DNA of 64,000 nt from Nageia nagi (Eukaryota; Plantae; Pinophyta), in contig JBITNC010000001.1 of NCBI GenBank assembly GCA_050084985.1, positions 620,001-684,000 of the forward strand. The letters run 5' to 3'. The translations under genes were made by a program, and so were the position numbers. The notes under the pieces are model-generated. The model ran no database searches. It saw only the letters and a program-made list of their open reading frames with translations, and was not told where the DNA came from. This document shows positions 24,105 to 37,530 of the stretch, one piece after another. Positions within the stretch are counted from its first letter, which is position 1. Each line of letters begins with the position of its first letter.

Positions 24105-27100
24105 TGTTGGGATGGAAACCTTTCCTACGTACCTATGATCACCTTCACATGATCAGGAAGGGGAAAGCACCCAACATTTAGGTGAAATAGCATAACTTAC
24201 CTCCTCTTGAAAGGATAGAAACCCCAAGGTTTGTTCATGTTCCCATTGAAGAAGCACAATTTTATATATGATTATGGGAATCAACTTAACTGGTTTGTAT
24301 GGAGGTAGAGTCTGTTAACTCACTTTTTTTTATAGGGATAGTGTTTTTATGATGATTGAAAATTGCTCTGGTTTTGCAAAAAATGAATGCAAGAAAGATA
24401 AAAAAAAGCAAATAAAAAAAACAAAGAAAATTGAGAATGATCCAATACCGGTTAGACCACAAGGCGACCGTCACAACAAAGCATTGTCTAAAATGAGACG
24501 TTTTCTAATCAATTAGGAAGTTCTCTTTCATTCAATCTAGTTCAAAGTGAATGACTATTGTCCAATCAGCTTTGAATTTAGAGCAAGAGGCAACACCGAT
24601 TGTCGGTACTCTACAAACGGGACCGATGCAATTGAAGAAACTTAACATGAAATGCGCACTTTGGAACCAAGTTTGAACGAAAGCTTCAAATAGGATATAG
24701 AAAAGAAACAACTTCAGAATACATTTTGTTCAAAAGTGCAAGAGGCAAAAGGTGGCAAACTATGAAAGAGAGCCACAAAAGAGAATCCATTCACCACTCC
24801 ACGTATGACAAAGTCTCTTGAGAAAATAAGTCACCACTTTGTATTAGCTTGTAAAAGATTTACAAAAAAGTTTCCACAATTTTCTTCTTTTACAAAAAAT
24901 TTGAACTTTTTCTTGAAATTTTTATTCTTGGAAAAGTTCAAACTGTCATTTTACATAAAAGTGACCCTATAGGGTCTATTTATAGAATTTCTAAGGTTCC
25001 CAAGTGTTGCCCTAATTCTATAAAAAAAATATTAAAAAATTACATATTTGCCTCTTATGACTAAGTCAGTTGACTTTTGGTGCTCTACTTCCAAGCTAAC
25101 TAATCATGAGAGCAAGGTTAGTTGAGTTTTGGTGCTCAACTTTCTCGGCTGATTCATTTACAAAATTTTCAAAAATTTTCAAAGATGACAAAAATTACGG
25201 TGGCTGATTTGCAATTTGCATATGATACGATGGTTGCCTCAAAGTTCGCACCCATGAAGGTTTCTCTGTTTTTGACTTCGGTGTTGATAATTTCCATAAT
25301 CCATTCATTTGCCAATAGATACGCAGTGATGGTATTTGAAGTCTTCTTCATCTCGCTGCACCATATTGCCATATCACTGCCATATTTGATTTGCTTGCTA
25401 GATTTAGAAACATTAATGTCTTCAGTTTCGAGGTAAGTGGTAATCATTAACTGGACCTCATTTATCACCATGGTGTAGTTCCTACTGCATCCATCTTCCT
25501 CAATCAATTTCAGATCAAATTGGTACTCTGCTAGCTATTTCTTTATGTCCTTGAAATTTGTCTAGATTTGGATGAAATCTTGATAGTTTGAAATACTGTA
25601 GAACAACCAATCATACTGGTAAAAGTATTGATGACAATATTCCAGTAGTATTGGCATGCTAGCAATCTTCCTTATCAGATCATACATCACTTGATAACTA
25701 TTGCCCCACCTGGCAATCAATTCATGGATCCTGCCTTGCACAACAAATGATCCACTCTCTTTGATAAAGAAATTGGTTATTTCTAGGAATAACTCTTGGA
25801 TAGCTTCTTTAGTTTTCTTTATCCACTCCTCTTTAACCACTTGAATCCCAGTATTCAACGAAATCTGTTTCCTAATGTCTTCAACTATCATGTCAGCAGC
25901 TTGGATGTCTACGATCAACTTCTTGTGTTCGACCAATTCTCTTTTCAGATGCCTGAGCTCTACTTTCTGTTATGTATTCTCCTCTGTTCGTGCTGCAACA
26001 TTGGTTACTATTGCATGTTGCCTGCCCAAAGTTCCGATTGCCTTACATGGCTCTTCTCATGTTTCCACCACTATTGCAAAGTCCCCAACAACATTTCTTT
26101 TTCTCCCTAGAACAACAGTGTCGATGACGATGGACTTGTCCATCGAGACGTAAGTGGCTATATGCTCAAGTTCATTCTCTGAATCCTAATCGGTTTCAAA
26201 GTCGGCACAGGCTTCAGATGGATGATATGCCCTTAAATTTTTTAAGAGTGTCGCCATGTCAAAGTTGTAACTTGGTTCAAGACCAGCAACTGTAGTCACT
26301 TGTCTCTTAGGGTTCCCTTGGTGTTCATCCTCTCTCCTCTTCTTCCTCTGGTCTTCATTTTCACCTTCATCCTCTTCATTTCCTCCATCCCTTGCTGATG
26401 AGGAATCTATTCCCTTGGAAGCTGAAGTCCTTCTTGGAGCAAGTGGTGGAGGTTTTCTCTGAGGTGGAGTTGTCTTTCTTGATTATTGAGGTGTAGAAGC
26501 CCGTGTAGAGGTGGGTTTTGTTGCTTGCACAGGTTCTTCCATAGTAGAAGGATCTATGGCCGGTATCTCTTCGACTGATGAATCTGATTCATTTGATTCA
26601 TCGCCTAAGTTATAAGGTATTTCAAGTATCTGGCCATCTTCTAAGGGCTCTCTCAAGAGGTCTCCTTCATCAATCTCATATTCATCCTCGCTGTCACTGG
26701 AAGGAGGAGCAGGAGAACTAGGGCAAGAATGATATAATTGTCCATCTCGGGATGGACCTCTGGAAGGAACTTCCACCAGCTTCTTCAAGCGTATGTACAG
26801 GTGTGAAGTGCTACTAGTCTCTTTAGTGCTCTTTATCTCTTGTGATAATCCTTGTATGGTCTGATCAATAGTTTGCCATGGTTGAACAATGAGTGTTGCA
26901 TATTGACCAAATAACCCCTATGTCAATCTCACGGAGGGTGAAATTGGTGGTGGTTCATATGGAATCAGAAGATTCTTCTTAAGAATTATCGAAGGATGTA
27001 TCCTAGCTACTGCATTCTCCTCTTGCAAACCTCTCGTTCTTCTTCTTCTTGGTTATGATCTACATGAGCTTCTCTTCTACTACCAAGTCCTTGTTTATCT

Positions 27101-30100
27101 TGTTAATTTGCTCTGTATCATTTACATTTATATACCTTTCAAGCTTCCCTAGGGATTTGTGGGTATAATCGATTTGCTAGGTTTTCTTGAAAAATGTGTT
27201 GATTACACACCTCGGGGTCATAGTACTCTACTGCCTATTCTACTATGAAGTTGTAGTATGCCAACTCCATCTTCATTGTTTTGACTTGATGCCAGGACGT
27301 GCATTCGTACTCTCCTATGTGGATGAGTAATTTGCAAGTGGTGGCACCTTTCTTACACCAAACTTTCTCGTGTAGATATGACAAGTGTCTGCAAAGTTCC
27401 ATCATGATGAACCAGTTACTTGCGTAACGAGGAAGTCTATAAGGTGGTTCAATTGACCCGTAGACCCTGATAAATGTGGCATCTGTCTCTTCAAAATAAA
27501 AATCAGCATGTCCTCGAAGAGCTTGTATTGTTGTCTTTGATATTCTGGTCATATTGACCATCCCCTTTATCTCTTCATATATCCGACATTCGAATCCATC
27601 ATTCATCATTTTGAATTCGTCCCACCAGTTTTCCAACAGGAATCTAGGGTAATTCTGCCATACTGGCATCTTTGGGTCAAATAGGTACTTGGTATCTGCA
27701 ATGGTGGGTCTTCTGTTCTTACCATGTAAGAGCAAGAATACCAAGTAAGAGCTCATGACAAATCTTTTTTTTTCTACAAGTCTAGACAGTTGTTGGGTCA
27801 TGCAATCGCTGATCACCTTACTCCATCTGATACCTTTGCCTCTGCTAATCAGATGTATGAAACCCACAAACTCCTTTCTGAATTGTTGGTCATTCTCTTG
27901 CCCTATAATTCTGCACAACATGTTGATAATGTTAGAGACTATAGGATAGAAGTCTATCCTCCTTGGTTGGCTTAAGGCCTTTGCCTTGTAGTCTTTGCAC
28001 TTGTCAACCAACCAATCTCTTATTACGTTCCCCAACTTTGTCAGGCTGTTAAAGAATTTGACGAAGTCCATCATACTGAATATGATTCTCTCATTGCTCC
28101 AAACAAAAGCGATCTCTATTCCTTCCATAGTGAAGTCTAATATTTTTGTGCCTTCAGTGTCAAGGACTCTTTCCTTCTAGTTGTAGTATCTGGCTACCTC
28201 AAGGCACAATTCTAGAAATGGAGTGGTATATGGGATCATAGAGGCCTCAACGATTCTGAACTGAGCAAGTGTGTCGTTGAGCAACCGTTCATATGGGATC
28301 TTGGCCATCTTTTCCAATGACTTGACAGGGATAGTGTGTGCCCAGTTTGTGTCTTTGATCTATCCAATACCATCTACTATCACAGGTGTAGGGAAGGCAG
28401 CCTTCCCTCTTTTCTCCAAGGTAATCTCAATAGTCTTCATAAGCCTCTCCATCTGGAGCTCCTTGTTTTTTTTAGCAATACTCATCATTTATGCCCTATG
28501 GAGCACAACAAGGTGTTAAGAGTGATGTTGGGTATCTTTAGAGTGATTTTGAAGTGAAAAAGATAGTCAATTTTTTTGCCTATTTTTGGATTTTTGAGAG
28601 GCTATGGATTTTCAAAAATTTTGAAGTTCGTCGAAAGTGGGAAACAAGTACATGGGGTGTTGGAAAATAAATCTAAGAGGCTTGTGAACAAGTCTCAGAG
28701 AAAAATATCGAAGTTTCTATGTCCGAATTAACTCGCTGTTTTTTTAGCCCATGTATTCGTTTTTTGACAGTTTTGGCAGCTTCGAAGCTAGGAAAGATGG
28801 GGGTGTAAAGTGGGTTTTCAAGCTTCTCTTGGGAGAAGTGAATGATGGAGGCTGTTCTCCTATATGAGGTCTATTACTTTTGTATTCACTTCGAAGTTCG
28901 GATCACTCAAAATTTGGGAGTTTTTGAGCCTTGAAAAAGTGTTTTTTGTGTTTTTTCATGTTTTTGAAAATGCGGGTCCCGAAATTTGGAAATTTTTTAA
29001 AAAGTGGAATTGACCTTATGGATGGATGGAGGGTGAGATTATAAGGTTCTTGAGAAAATTTGAGAAGGTTTGGGGCTGTTTTGGATCTTGTGACCAATTT
29101 CAAGTTTTTGAGCAAGTTTGTGATGTTTTGTGAGAATTTTGCTCAAAAATGGATGCATGGAGGCTCAAGGAATGTTGTGGAGCAAATGAGAGGCTTAGGG
29201 GGGTATTTATAGGGTTTTTGTGCCTTTTGCATTATCCTTGGTGGTTTTTGACCTAAAAAGTGCTCTATGGGTGCATTTTGCACATTTCTTAAGGTTTTGT
29301 GGCCTTCAAACACTCCATAGGCTTGAAATTCAGCCCCTAGCTTTTGGAGGCACTTCCTTTGGTCAAAATGGAAAAATTCAAAGTTTAAATGTGATTCAAA
29401 TCACTTCCTTCACCCATTTATGTGCCCCAAATCAGATTTTGATGAGTTTTGGGGCTTTCTCCTTGCATCTAGGCGTTAGAAATCACTTGTTTGGATTCTC
29501 CAATGCCTTGCAAACCTACGCCTGAGTTTTTGGGGCATTTCTAGTGCTTAATTTCAAAAATTTGCTGACCTAAACATGCTTAGAATGCCCTTTTCCATGC
29601 AACCATGTGAAAAAATTTGATTTTTTTGCAAAATTTTCATTCCTCATGCTAGGCACTAGTTTTCACTCCAATGGGTATAGAAAAATCAGCAAACCTACAC
29701 CTAGAATTTTGGGCCACTTCCCTTGCTCAAAATCGAAAAAATGCAAGCTTAAATGTGTTTATTTTCATGTTTTCCATGCAATTGACCCTTCAAACTTGGA
29801 TTTTGAGGAAAATTTTTGAAAACTCTTGTTCCTCGGAGCTAGATTTCACTCCATTGGATTTCTAATGGCATGAAAAACTGCGCCTGCCTTTTAGGTGTCT
29901 TAAAATTGCTCAAAATCCAATTTTTACAAGTTTAAATGTGGTCAAAATGGGGTTTGTCACCTAATGGACCCCTTGGAATCAATTTTTATTGCATTTTTCA
30001 CTTATCCCTCCAAGTTAGGCGCTAGAAATCACTCCTATGGATTTGGAAACATTAGCAAACCTGTGCCTAGCCTTTGGAGGGTCAAAACTTGCTCAATTTA

Positions 30101-31701
30101 GAAATTTTCAATACCTAAATGTGCTAGAAATCACATTTTACACCCAACGAACCCCTCAAACTTGAGTTTTGACCAAAACTTATCAAATTTCATGATTCTA
30201 TGTGCTAGATTTCATCCCATTGGATTTCCATAGCCTTAGAAACATGTGCCTAGCCTTTAGGGTGCTCAAAATCAAAAATTTTGAGACCTAAATGTGTTTG
30301 CAATCATGTTTTCCTTAGTCCCAAGCACTTAAACTTGAGTTTTGGTCAAAAAACATTCCATCTTATCATTCTAGACGCCGCTTTTCATGCCAATAGATTT
30401 GGAAACATGCGCCTAACATTTTGGGGTCTTCACTTGTTCAAAATCAAAAATTTTGAGACCTAATGTGCCTTAGAATCTTCATTTCCACTCATTTATGCGT
30501 TTAGATTTGATTTTTGATGCATTATCATTTTTTCTCCACTTTCTAGGCACCAAAATGCATCTCTATGGATTTGGGCTTGGAAAACTATGCCTACTCTTTG
30601 AGTGCCTTAGACTTGGTCAAAATTAAAAATATCAAGTCCTAACTATGATAGAATTCACCTTATCTCTCCGAATACGCTTTTAGACAAGAATTTCAATACC
30701 ATTTGTATTTATCTATGAGAAACGTGCACCATTTTTCCCTCACTTGGGTCTTGAATAGCTTGGAAAAACATGTCTGGGGCTAAGGGTACTCAAACTTGCA
30801 CTTTCGATCCATTCTAGACTCAATCTGTGCATTTCCGATCACTCCCAGCATTTTTGAGCTCAAACTCGATCAAAATGCCTTTTTCGGCACCTCCGAGCTC
30901 AAACTCTACATTTTTGATGATTTCCAAGCTCAAACGATGCAAAAATGATCATTTCCGGGCTCAAAGTATTCAATTCCGCCCATTTTCGACATCTCCAGCC
31001 CTTAGTGTGAGAAAATGACCTTTTCAGGCATTTTCGGTATTTTCAAGCATTTTTGACCATTCTGGACTCAACTCGTCACTTTTAGTCATTTCTAAGCTTT
31101 TCGGACTCAAATCGTGCAAAATTGCATTTTTTTACCATATTGGCCATTTGCAGGCTCAAAAGTGACCAAAACACGCTTTTCTACCTTGCCTTTTTCTAGC
31201 TCTTCGGGGTCAACCTTGACAAAAACGTCCATTTTTGTCATTTTCAAGGCACCTGGACTGAAAGTCTCATTTTTGTCACCTAGGTACCTTTGTGCTTAAA
31301 TTCTGCAAAAATATGCCTTTCTGTTGCGCTAAGCACCTGTGAGCTGAGTCTGCAAAAACACACCCTTTTTGTCAACTTGGTACTTTTGCACTTGAATGTT
31401 GCAAAAACGTGCCCTTTTTCGCCCTGTTGGCCATTTTGTGAAAAACTCTCTTCCTAGTCGCCATGATCCAAAACTGCATCCTGCTTGATGTTGCTTGAAA
31501 CTGGGTCATGAATGGTCGCTGGACATGTTGAATTGCCTTGGTGCCTCTGGGCTACTTGTGTGCATTGCATCATCACTTGGCCGCTCTGATTCTTCACTCT
31601 GGCCGTCGTCTAATCATCTTCAGGCAATGTCGTCCATTGCCTTCAAAAAAAGTAAGGTTCCCAAAATGCTACATCTTGGGGTGTGTTATGCGGGCACAAC
31701 A
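24105..31701 (-). mobile_element. Gene-carrying TGTTG...CAACA unit, subfamily B copy 2 (complete, 7597 bp)
   Basis: Perfect TSD TGATC (24100-24104 and 31702-31706) and TGTTG/CAACA ends. Interrupts RT at KTWEDH|LAHLDQ. Confidence 0.92.
25085..28485 (-). pseudogene. Large accessory ORF, about 1130 codons (copy B2)
   Basis: ORFs 27235..28128, 26483..26788, 25562..25936 and 25169..25507 are highly similar to the B1 pieces. Confidence 0.82.
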
Positions 31702-33905
31702 TGATCCTCCCATGTCTTGCGGTAGATCAAAATATCATCAAAGAAAACCAAAAGAAATTTACGAAGATAAGGGCGAAATACCTGATTCATCAAGCTTTGG
31801 AATGTTGAAAGGGTATTAGTGAGGCCAAATGGCATTACTAAAAATTCGTAATGACCATCATGTGTCCGAAAAGCTTTTTTTGGAATATCCTCTTCACGAA
31901 GTCGGATTTGATGATATCCCGATCGCAAATCTAGTTTCGAAAAATATGTCTCCATGTAGCTTATCTAGCAATTCATAAATTATGGGAATAAGGAATTTAT
32001 CTTTCACAGACACCTTGTTGAGAGCCCAAAAATCTATACACAACCACTAGGATCCATCCTTTTTGGACTAATATGACAGGCGAAGAGTAAGGACTAACAC
32101 TTGGCCTGATAATCCCTGCTTCCAGCATCTCCTATACTAGTTTTTCAATTTCATCTTTCTGCAAACATGCATAGCAGTAGAGCCAAATGTTGGGTGGTTG
32201 ATTGTCGGGAACTAGTTGTATAGTGTGATCTTGAAGGCGGTTGGAGGGTAACCCTTTTGGTTCTTCAAAAAATTCTCATGAAGAGCCAAAAGTTGTTGCA
32301 ACTCTGCTAATTCACCTCCCTTCTATGCAACTGGTTGTATTGCAAATAGTTGTCCTACCATTCCCTTTTGTCCTTTTCTACTCAGCTTCTCTATCCGATG
32401 AGAACTTATAATCAATGATGGACTAACACGTAGTCCAGTGAATTGATAGATATGTTCTGCATTAGTGAATTTCATCCACAGTTCAAGGAAGTCCCATAGT
32501 ATAGGTCCCAATGTTTGCAACCATTGAACTCCTATGACCACATCACACCCTCCTAATAGAAGTACATACATGTCACTCTACATGTGATAATCACCCATGT
32601 TGAGCTTAACATTGCGGCATTTCCCCTTGCAAGAAATTCTACCTCTATAAAACAATTAGTCTGTTTGGCCACACCAGGATCAATGAAATTATGCCTACTT
32701 CCTAAGTCAAGTAAAATAACGAGGGACGGCTTTTTGAAATATCCATGAACCTTCATTGTTTGAGGTGTTGTAATTCCTGCAAGAACATTGCAAGAAATTA
32801 CAGGAACTTTTTTAGTTGTTTCAGGCTCATTAGCTTCTTCCTCGACAACAGTCTCATCCTCTAAATCATCAGAAACATCCACATTAAGCAAATACAACCA
32901 CTGTGTATTACATCGATAGTCAGGTGCGTACTTTTCATCACAATTATAGCAAAGGCCCTTTTCTCTGCAATCATTCATTTCCTCTTGAGTATGTTGCTTA
33001 ATTGGAAATGAATGGGTAGGTTTAGGAGCAGCTTGAGAACCTTGAGGTTTGTTGAATGGTTGCTTCCCTTATCGGCATTAGGCATTAAATTTGTCTTCTG
33101 CCAATTTGGCCAACCTAATAGCCTGTATTATAGTGCTAGGATTAAACATTTTGACTTATACCTTGATGTCTTCCTTCAACCCACTAATGAAGCAAATCCT
33201 AAAAAAAGATTCATCTAATCCCTCTGCAATTTGCAAGCTTTTCAAATTGTGTTTGATATTCTTTCACTGTTGATTTTTGCCGAAGTTTTGTAAGAGCTCC
33301 TGTGAAATCCTCAAAATCACTTGAGCCAAACCTCACCAAAATTTTTTTGTAAAATCCTCCCAACAAAGAGTCCCATTAGTTTTTTCAAACCACTGGTAGC
33401 ATTGAATGGCCTCATGCTCCAAATGGAAAGAAGCAATATTGACCTTCTAAACCTCAAGAATATGATTCAGTGTAAAGTATTGTTCTGCTCTATAAATCCA
33501 ACTAGTTGGATCCCCTCCATCAAACTTGGGAAATCCAACTTAGTTGTCCTCGGAAGGATGAAGGCTTGGACACCTCCCATATGCCACCTGTTGTGCCTAC
33601 AATTGAGTATTATGCCTTGAAGATTGTTGAAAACTTGTACCTAGTGTAGTTTGGGACAAGGCTAGTTGTTGCATAGATGATTTTTGCAGAGCTATAAGAG
33701 ATGTTTTCTATATTTGCAATAGATTCGAATTCATAGAATTGTATTTAATGCCCAATCCAATAAGCTTCTCTGTCAATTCAGTGAATTTGCCATTTATCTT
33801 TTGAAAAGCAGATTTTAGGTCAACTCCACTAAGGTGAGCTTGAATCAGTTTAACTTCATTATCTATTTTTTCTAGAATGGGGTCTTGAGATCTTCTTCCC
33901 TCCAT
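31702..33905 (-). pseudogene. Ty3/gypsy gag-protease-RT (outer gypsy, piece 1; chromovirus/Reina-like)
   Basis: REKGLCYNCDEKYAP; ILLDLGSRHNFID; [14 protein letters not shown]; [14 protein letters not shown]; [10 protein letters not shown]. Confidence 0.9.
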
Positions 33906-34272
33906 TTGAAATACTAGCCAGGTCCTGACTTACAATTTTTAGTAACTGCTATTTTTATAAATTGAAAAAGTATATGGATGCTATATATTGAAATGATCAA
34001 CGCAAAAAAATATTAGGAATGGTCTAGGTCTCAATTTGATGACTTTCCGAATTTTACACGGTTTTTTCTAAAATATCATTACCTTCAGTAACGAATGGGC
34101 ACTCTCATAATTTGCTAATCCCTCATGTTTTGGAAGATATTCGCTTTGGAAGTTTTTGCCTATTTTGGAGCTGCTATTTTGGACAAGAAGTTTGAGGGTT
34201 TCATGAGATTCTGAAAAAAAAATGGACAAAATTTTGGCTGAAAAAATAGCAATTTCTAGGGTTCCACTTCAA

Positions 34273-34716
34273 TGCGACCTTGCAATCTACTAAAAAGGGG
34301 TTTTAGAAACCTAGCAGAACTAAAAAGGGGTTTTACCTCAAATTCCATAAGAAATATTGAAATACGAAATAAACACAGACTCGTAATGCATCAAGTAAAA
34401 CAGTTGGAACAATATACTCAGGTTAACAACCAGATAATAGAACATAATAAATTTAGTGATAGCAATAACGAATCGCAAGCCTCTTCAAGGAGGCTTCCTC
34501 CTTACAACTCAAAAGATAATTGATTTTCCAAGATGCTCTCTTTACCCCTCTTACAAATATTTATGGTCCTTCTACCCTAATTGGAGGTTTACATTCAAAA
34601 TGACGATTCACCTTACAAAATATGATGGTTCACATTACAAGCCGATGCAAGCAAATAATTAAATTAACTAAAACATAAATAAGCCTAAGTAAATTTTAGG
34701 ATATGGGATCCTAACA
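34273..34716 (-). repeat. Probable 5' LTR of the outer gypsy
   Basis: The minus strand starts TGTTAGGATCCC at the junction with copia coding sequence, upstream of gag. No intact PBS was found, so the inner boundary is approximate. Confidence 0.5.
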
Positions 34717-37317
34717 AACAATCTAGTGAAAATAAGTTCAAAGACAGTTGTAAGAGACATTCTGAGCATAGGCAAGCCATCAAATAGCATCTGTTCTTCA
34801 TGTCAAAAAGGTAAGCTCACCATAACTTCATTCAAAGCAAAAAAGTATTATTCTAGCAAACCTTTGGAAATTGTACATACAGATTTATGTGGGCCCATGA
34901 GAACACAAAGCATAAACAGGATTAAATACTTCATGGTGTGTATAGATGACTATTCCAAAATGACATGGGTGATGTTTCTAGAACACAAATTGGAAGCTCT
35001 TGAAATGTTCAAGATCTTTAGAAGACAAGCAAAGAATCAAATAGAAAAAAGGATCAAATGCTTAAGATCGAATAGAGGTTGAGAATTCATTTCAAATGAA
35101 TTTAAAAAGTATTATCAAAAACATGGCATCAGGAGACAACTTTCAGCAGCTAGGACACCACAAGAAAATGGTATGGTAGAAAGAACATGATAGTACAAAA
35201 AATTGCATGAATTATATTGACTGAGTGCAAGATAGCAAACAAATTTTGGAAAGAGGCAATCCACATCGCGGTATACATTCAAAACATGAGCATGTTGATG
35301 CCTCATGAAAGCAAGACCCCATATGAGTAGTGGTTCGGAAAAAGAGCAACAACGAGACACTTTAAAGTTTTTGGCAACAAGTGCTACATCAAAAGGATTG
35401 AAGACAATATTGGAAAGTCTAAAGCTAGAGCAGATAAAGGCATCTTTCTTCGTTAGTCAAGAAAAGCAAGACTTACAAATGTTACAATAAGAGATAAACA
35501 AAAATAGTGGAAAGTACGAATGTCAGTTGATAAAAAGAGAGAACCAGCAAGCAGCAATGAGGAGAACTTTTCCATTTACAAGGACGAAATAGAAGGAGAA
35601 AAGGAAGAGGACAGATGAAGAAGCGAAAAGTGAGTCAGAAAATGAGAAACCAAATGAAGATAAAGAAAAGAACAAGAAATCCAAATCCACAAGTTGGCAA
35701 AAAAATCATCCTAAAGAACAAATAATTAAAGATCCCAAAGTTGGTATTTAAATAAGAAGAAAAATTGTAAGAGCTTTCTCTCTTTTATCCAACATAGAAA
35801 CTAAAAATGTTGATGAGGCAAGTCGAGATGAAGGTTTGATAGAAGCAATGAATGAAGAATTAGATCAAATTGAGAAAAACAAGACTTGGGAGTTAGTACT
35901 AAGACCCGCAAACAAGAATGTGATCGGTACCAAATGGGTCTTTCGAAACAAATTGAACGAAGATGGACAGGTAATCAAGAACAAAGCAAGATTGGTATGC
36001 AAAAGGTATGCGCAAGTTGAAGTTATTGATTTCGATGAAACCTTTGCTCTTGTGGCTAGATTAGAGGCAGTTAGAATGTTTCTTGCTTTGGCAGTATACA
36101 AAAACTTCAAAGTTTATCAACTGGACATGAAGTCAACATTCTTGGATGGAAAACTTGAGAAAGAAGTTTAATTTGAGCAACCAAATGGTTTTCAGTTGGG
36201 ATAGGATCCAAAGTTGGTGTGCAAATTGAAGAAAGCGCTTTACGGTCTAAAGTAAGCACCCCAAGCATTGTACTCCAAGCTTGATGCATATTTTCATTAG
36301 CATGGCTTCAGAAAAGGTATGGTGGATAGTTATCTTCACATAAATCTGAAAATGGAAATCAAATCATTTTTATTGTTTATGTGGATGATATTATTTTCAG
36401 AGGATGCAAAGATGAATTATGTAAAGACTTTGCAAACAAGATATAGAAAGAATTTGAAATGTCCATGATAGGGGAACTTTCATATTTTCTTGGTTTGCAA
36501 GTTAGTTGAAAAATGGCATTTTTATTTCGCAAATCAAGTATGTAAAAGAAATGTTGAAAAAGTTTACTATGGCGGATTGCAAGCCAGTAAGCACTTCTAT
36601 GACAATATGTTGCAAGTTGAGTAAAGATGACAAATTCCCATCGATTGATCAAACTATGTATAGGTCAATGATTGGAAGCTTACTGTACTCGACAGCTAAT
36701 AGACCAAACATATTGTAGGTAGTGTTCATGGTTGCACGATTTCAGGCTAGTCCCATTGAGACTCATTTGACAGTAGTGAAGAGAATTTTTCGGTACCTCT
36801 AAGGCATAGTGGATTATGGTTTGTTGTATCCAAAGGGGAAGGACTTCACACTTATTGCTTATTCAAATGTAGATTGGGCAGGTTGTGTTGATGGCAGGAA
36901 GAGCACCAGTGAAGATGCATTTTACTTGGGTGACAATCTTGTGGCATAGCACAATAAGAAGCAGGAATTAGTTGTACACATGCAGAATACATAGCAACGT
37001 CATCATGTTGTACATATGTACTATGGATGAAACAAATGATGAAGCACCTTGGTATTCATATCAACGAGCCCATTTCAGTGTTATGTGATAACACAAATGC
37101 AATCAAAATCTCAAAGAACCTGGTTATACATTCTTGCACAAAGCATATTGCTATTCGATACCATTTCTTGAGAGAGCAAGTTGCTAAAAGAGAGGTTAAG
37201 TTGGATTTTGTTCCAACAATAGAGCCAGTAGAAGATATATTCACCAAACCATTTTCCAAGGAAGTATTTGAATACCTTCGCAAGAAATTGGGAGTGGTCA
37301 TACTTCCCAAGCATTGA
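34717..37317 (+). pseudogene. Ty1/copia pol (GAG-pre-integrase, integrase, RT, RNase H), degenerate
   Basis: CSSCQKGK; PLEIVHTDLCGPM; IDDYSKMTWV; IKCLRSNRG; VIGTKWVFRNK; KARLV; YVDDIIF; RSMIGSLLY; KHIAIRYHFLRE. Confidence 0.93.
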
Positions 37318-37530
37318 CTAGCTCTCAGGACCACATTCTCAGGGGGAGCATTTTTGTCTTTGATTATCATTTTGTTCTTATTTATGATTTTTGCTAAGTG
37401 TACTAATTTTTACCATAGAATGTTGTGCATGGATTCAGGGCGAGTTTACTGTGGCCCTTTGGTCTTGTTATCAAAGGGGGAAAAGAGTTACAGGAAATTG
37501 TGTATTGCCAACAATTCCAAAGGGAGGGAT

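Noticed and set aside
24105-31701. Helitron or DNA-transposon interpretation of the A/B units
   Set aside because: No Rep/helicase or DDE motifs seen, no TC...CTRR ends and no long TIRs. TG..CA ends with a 5-bp TSD fit LTR integrase.
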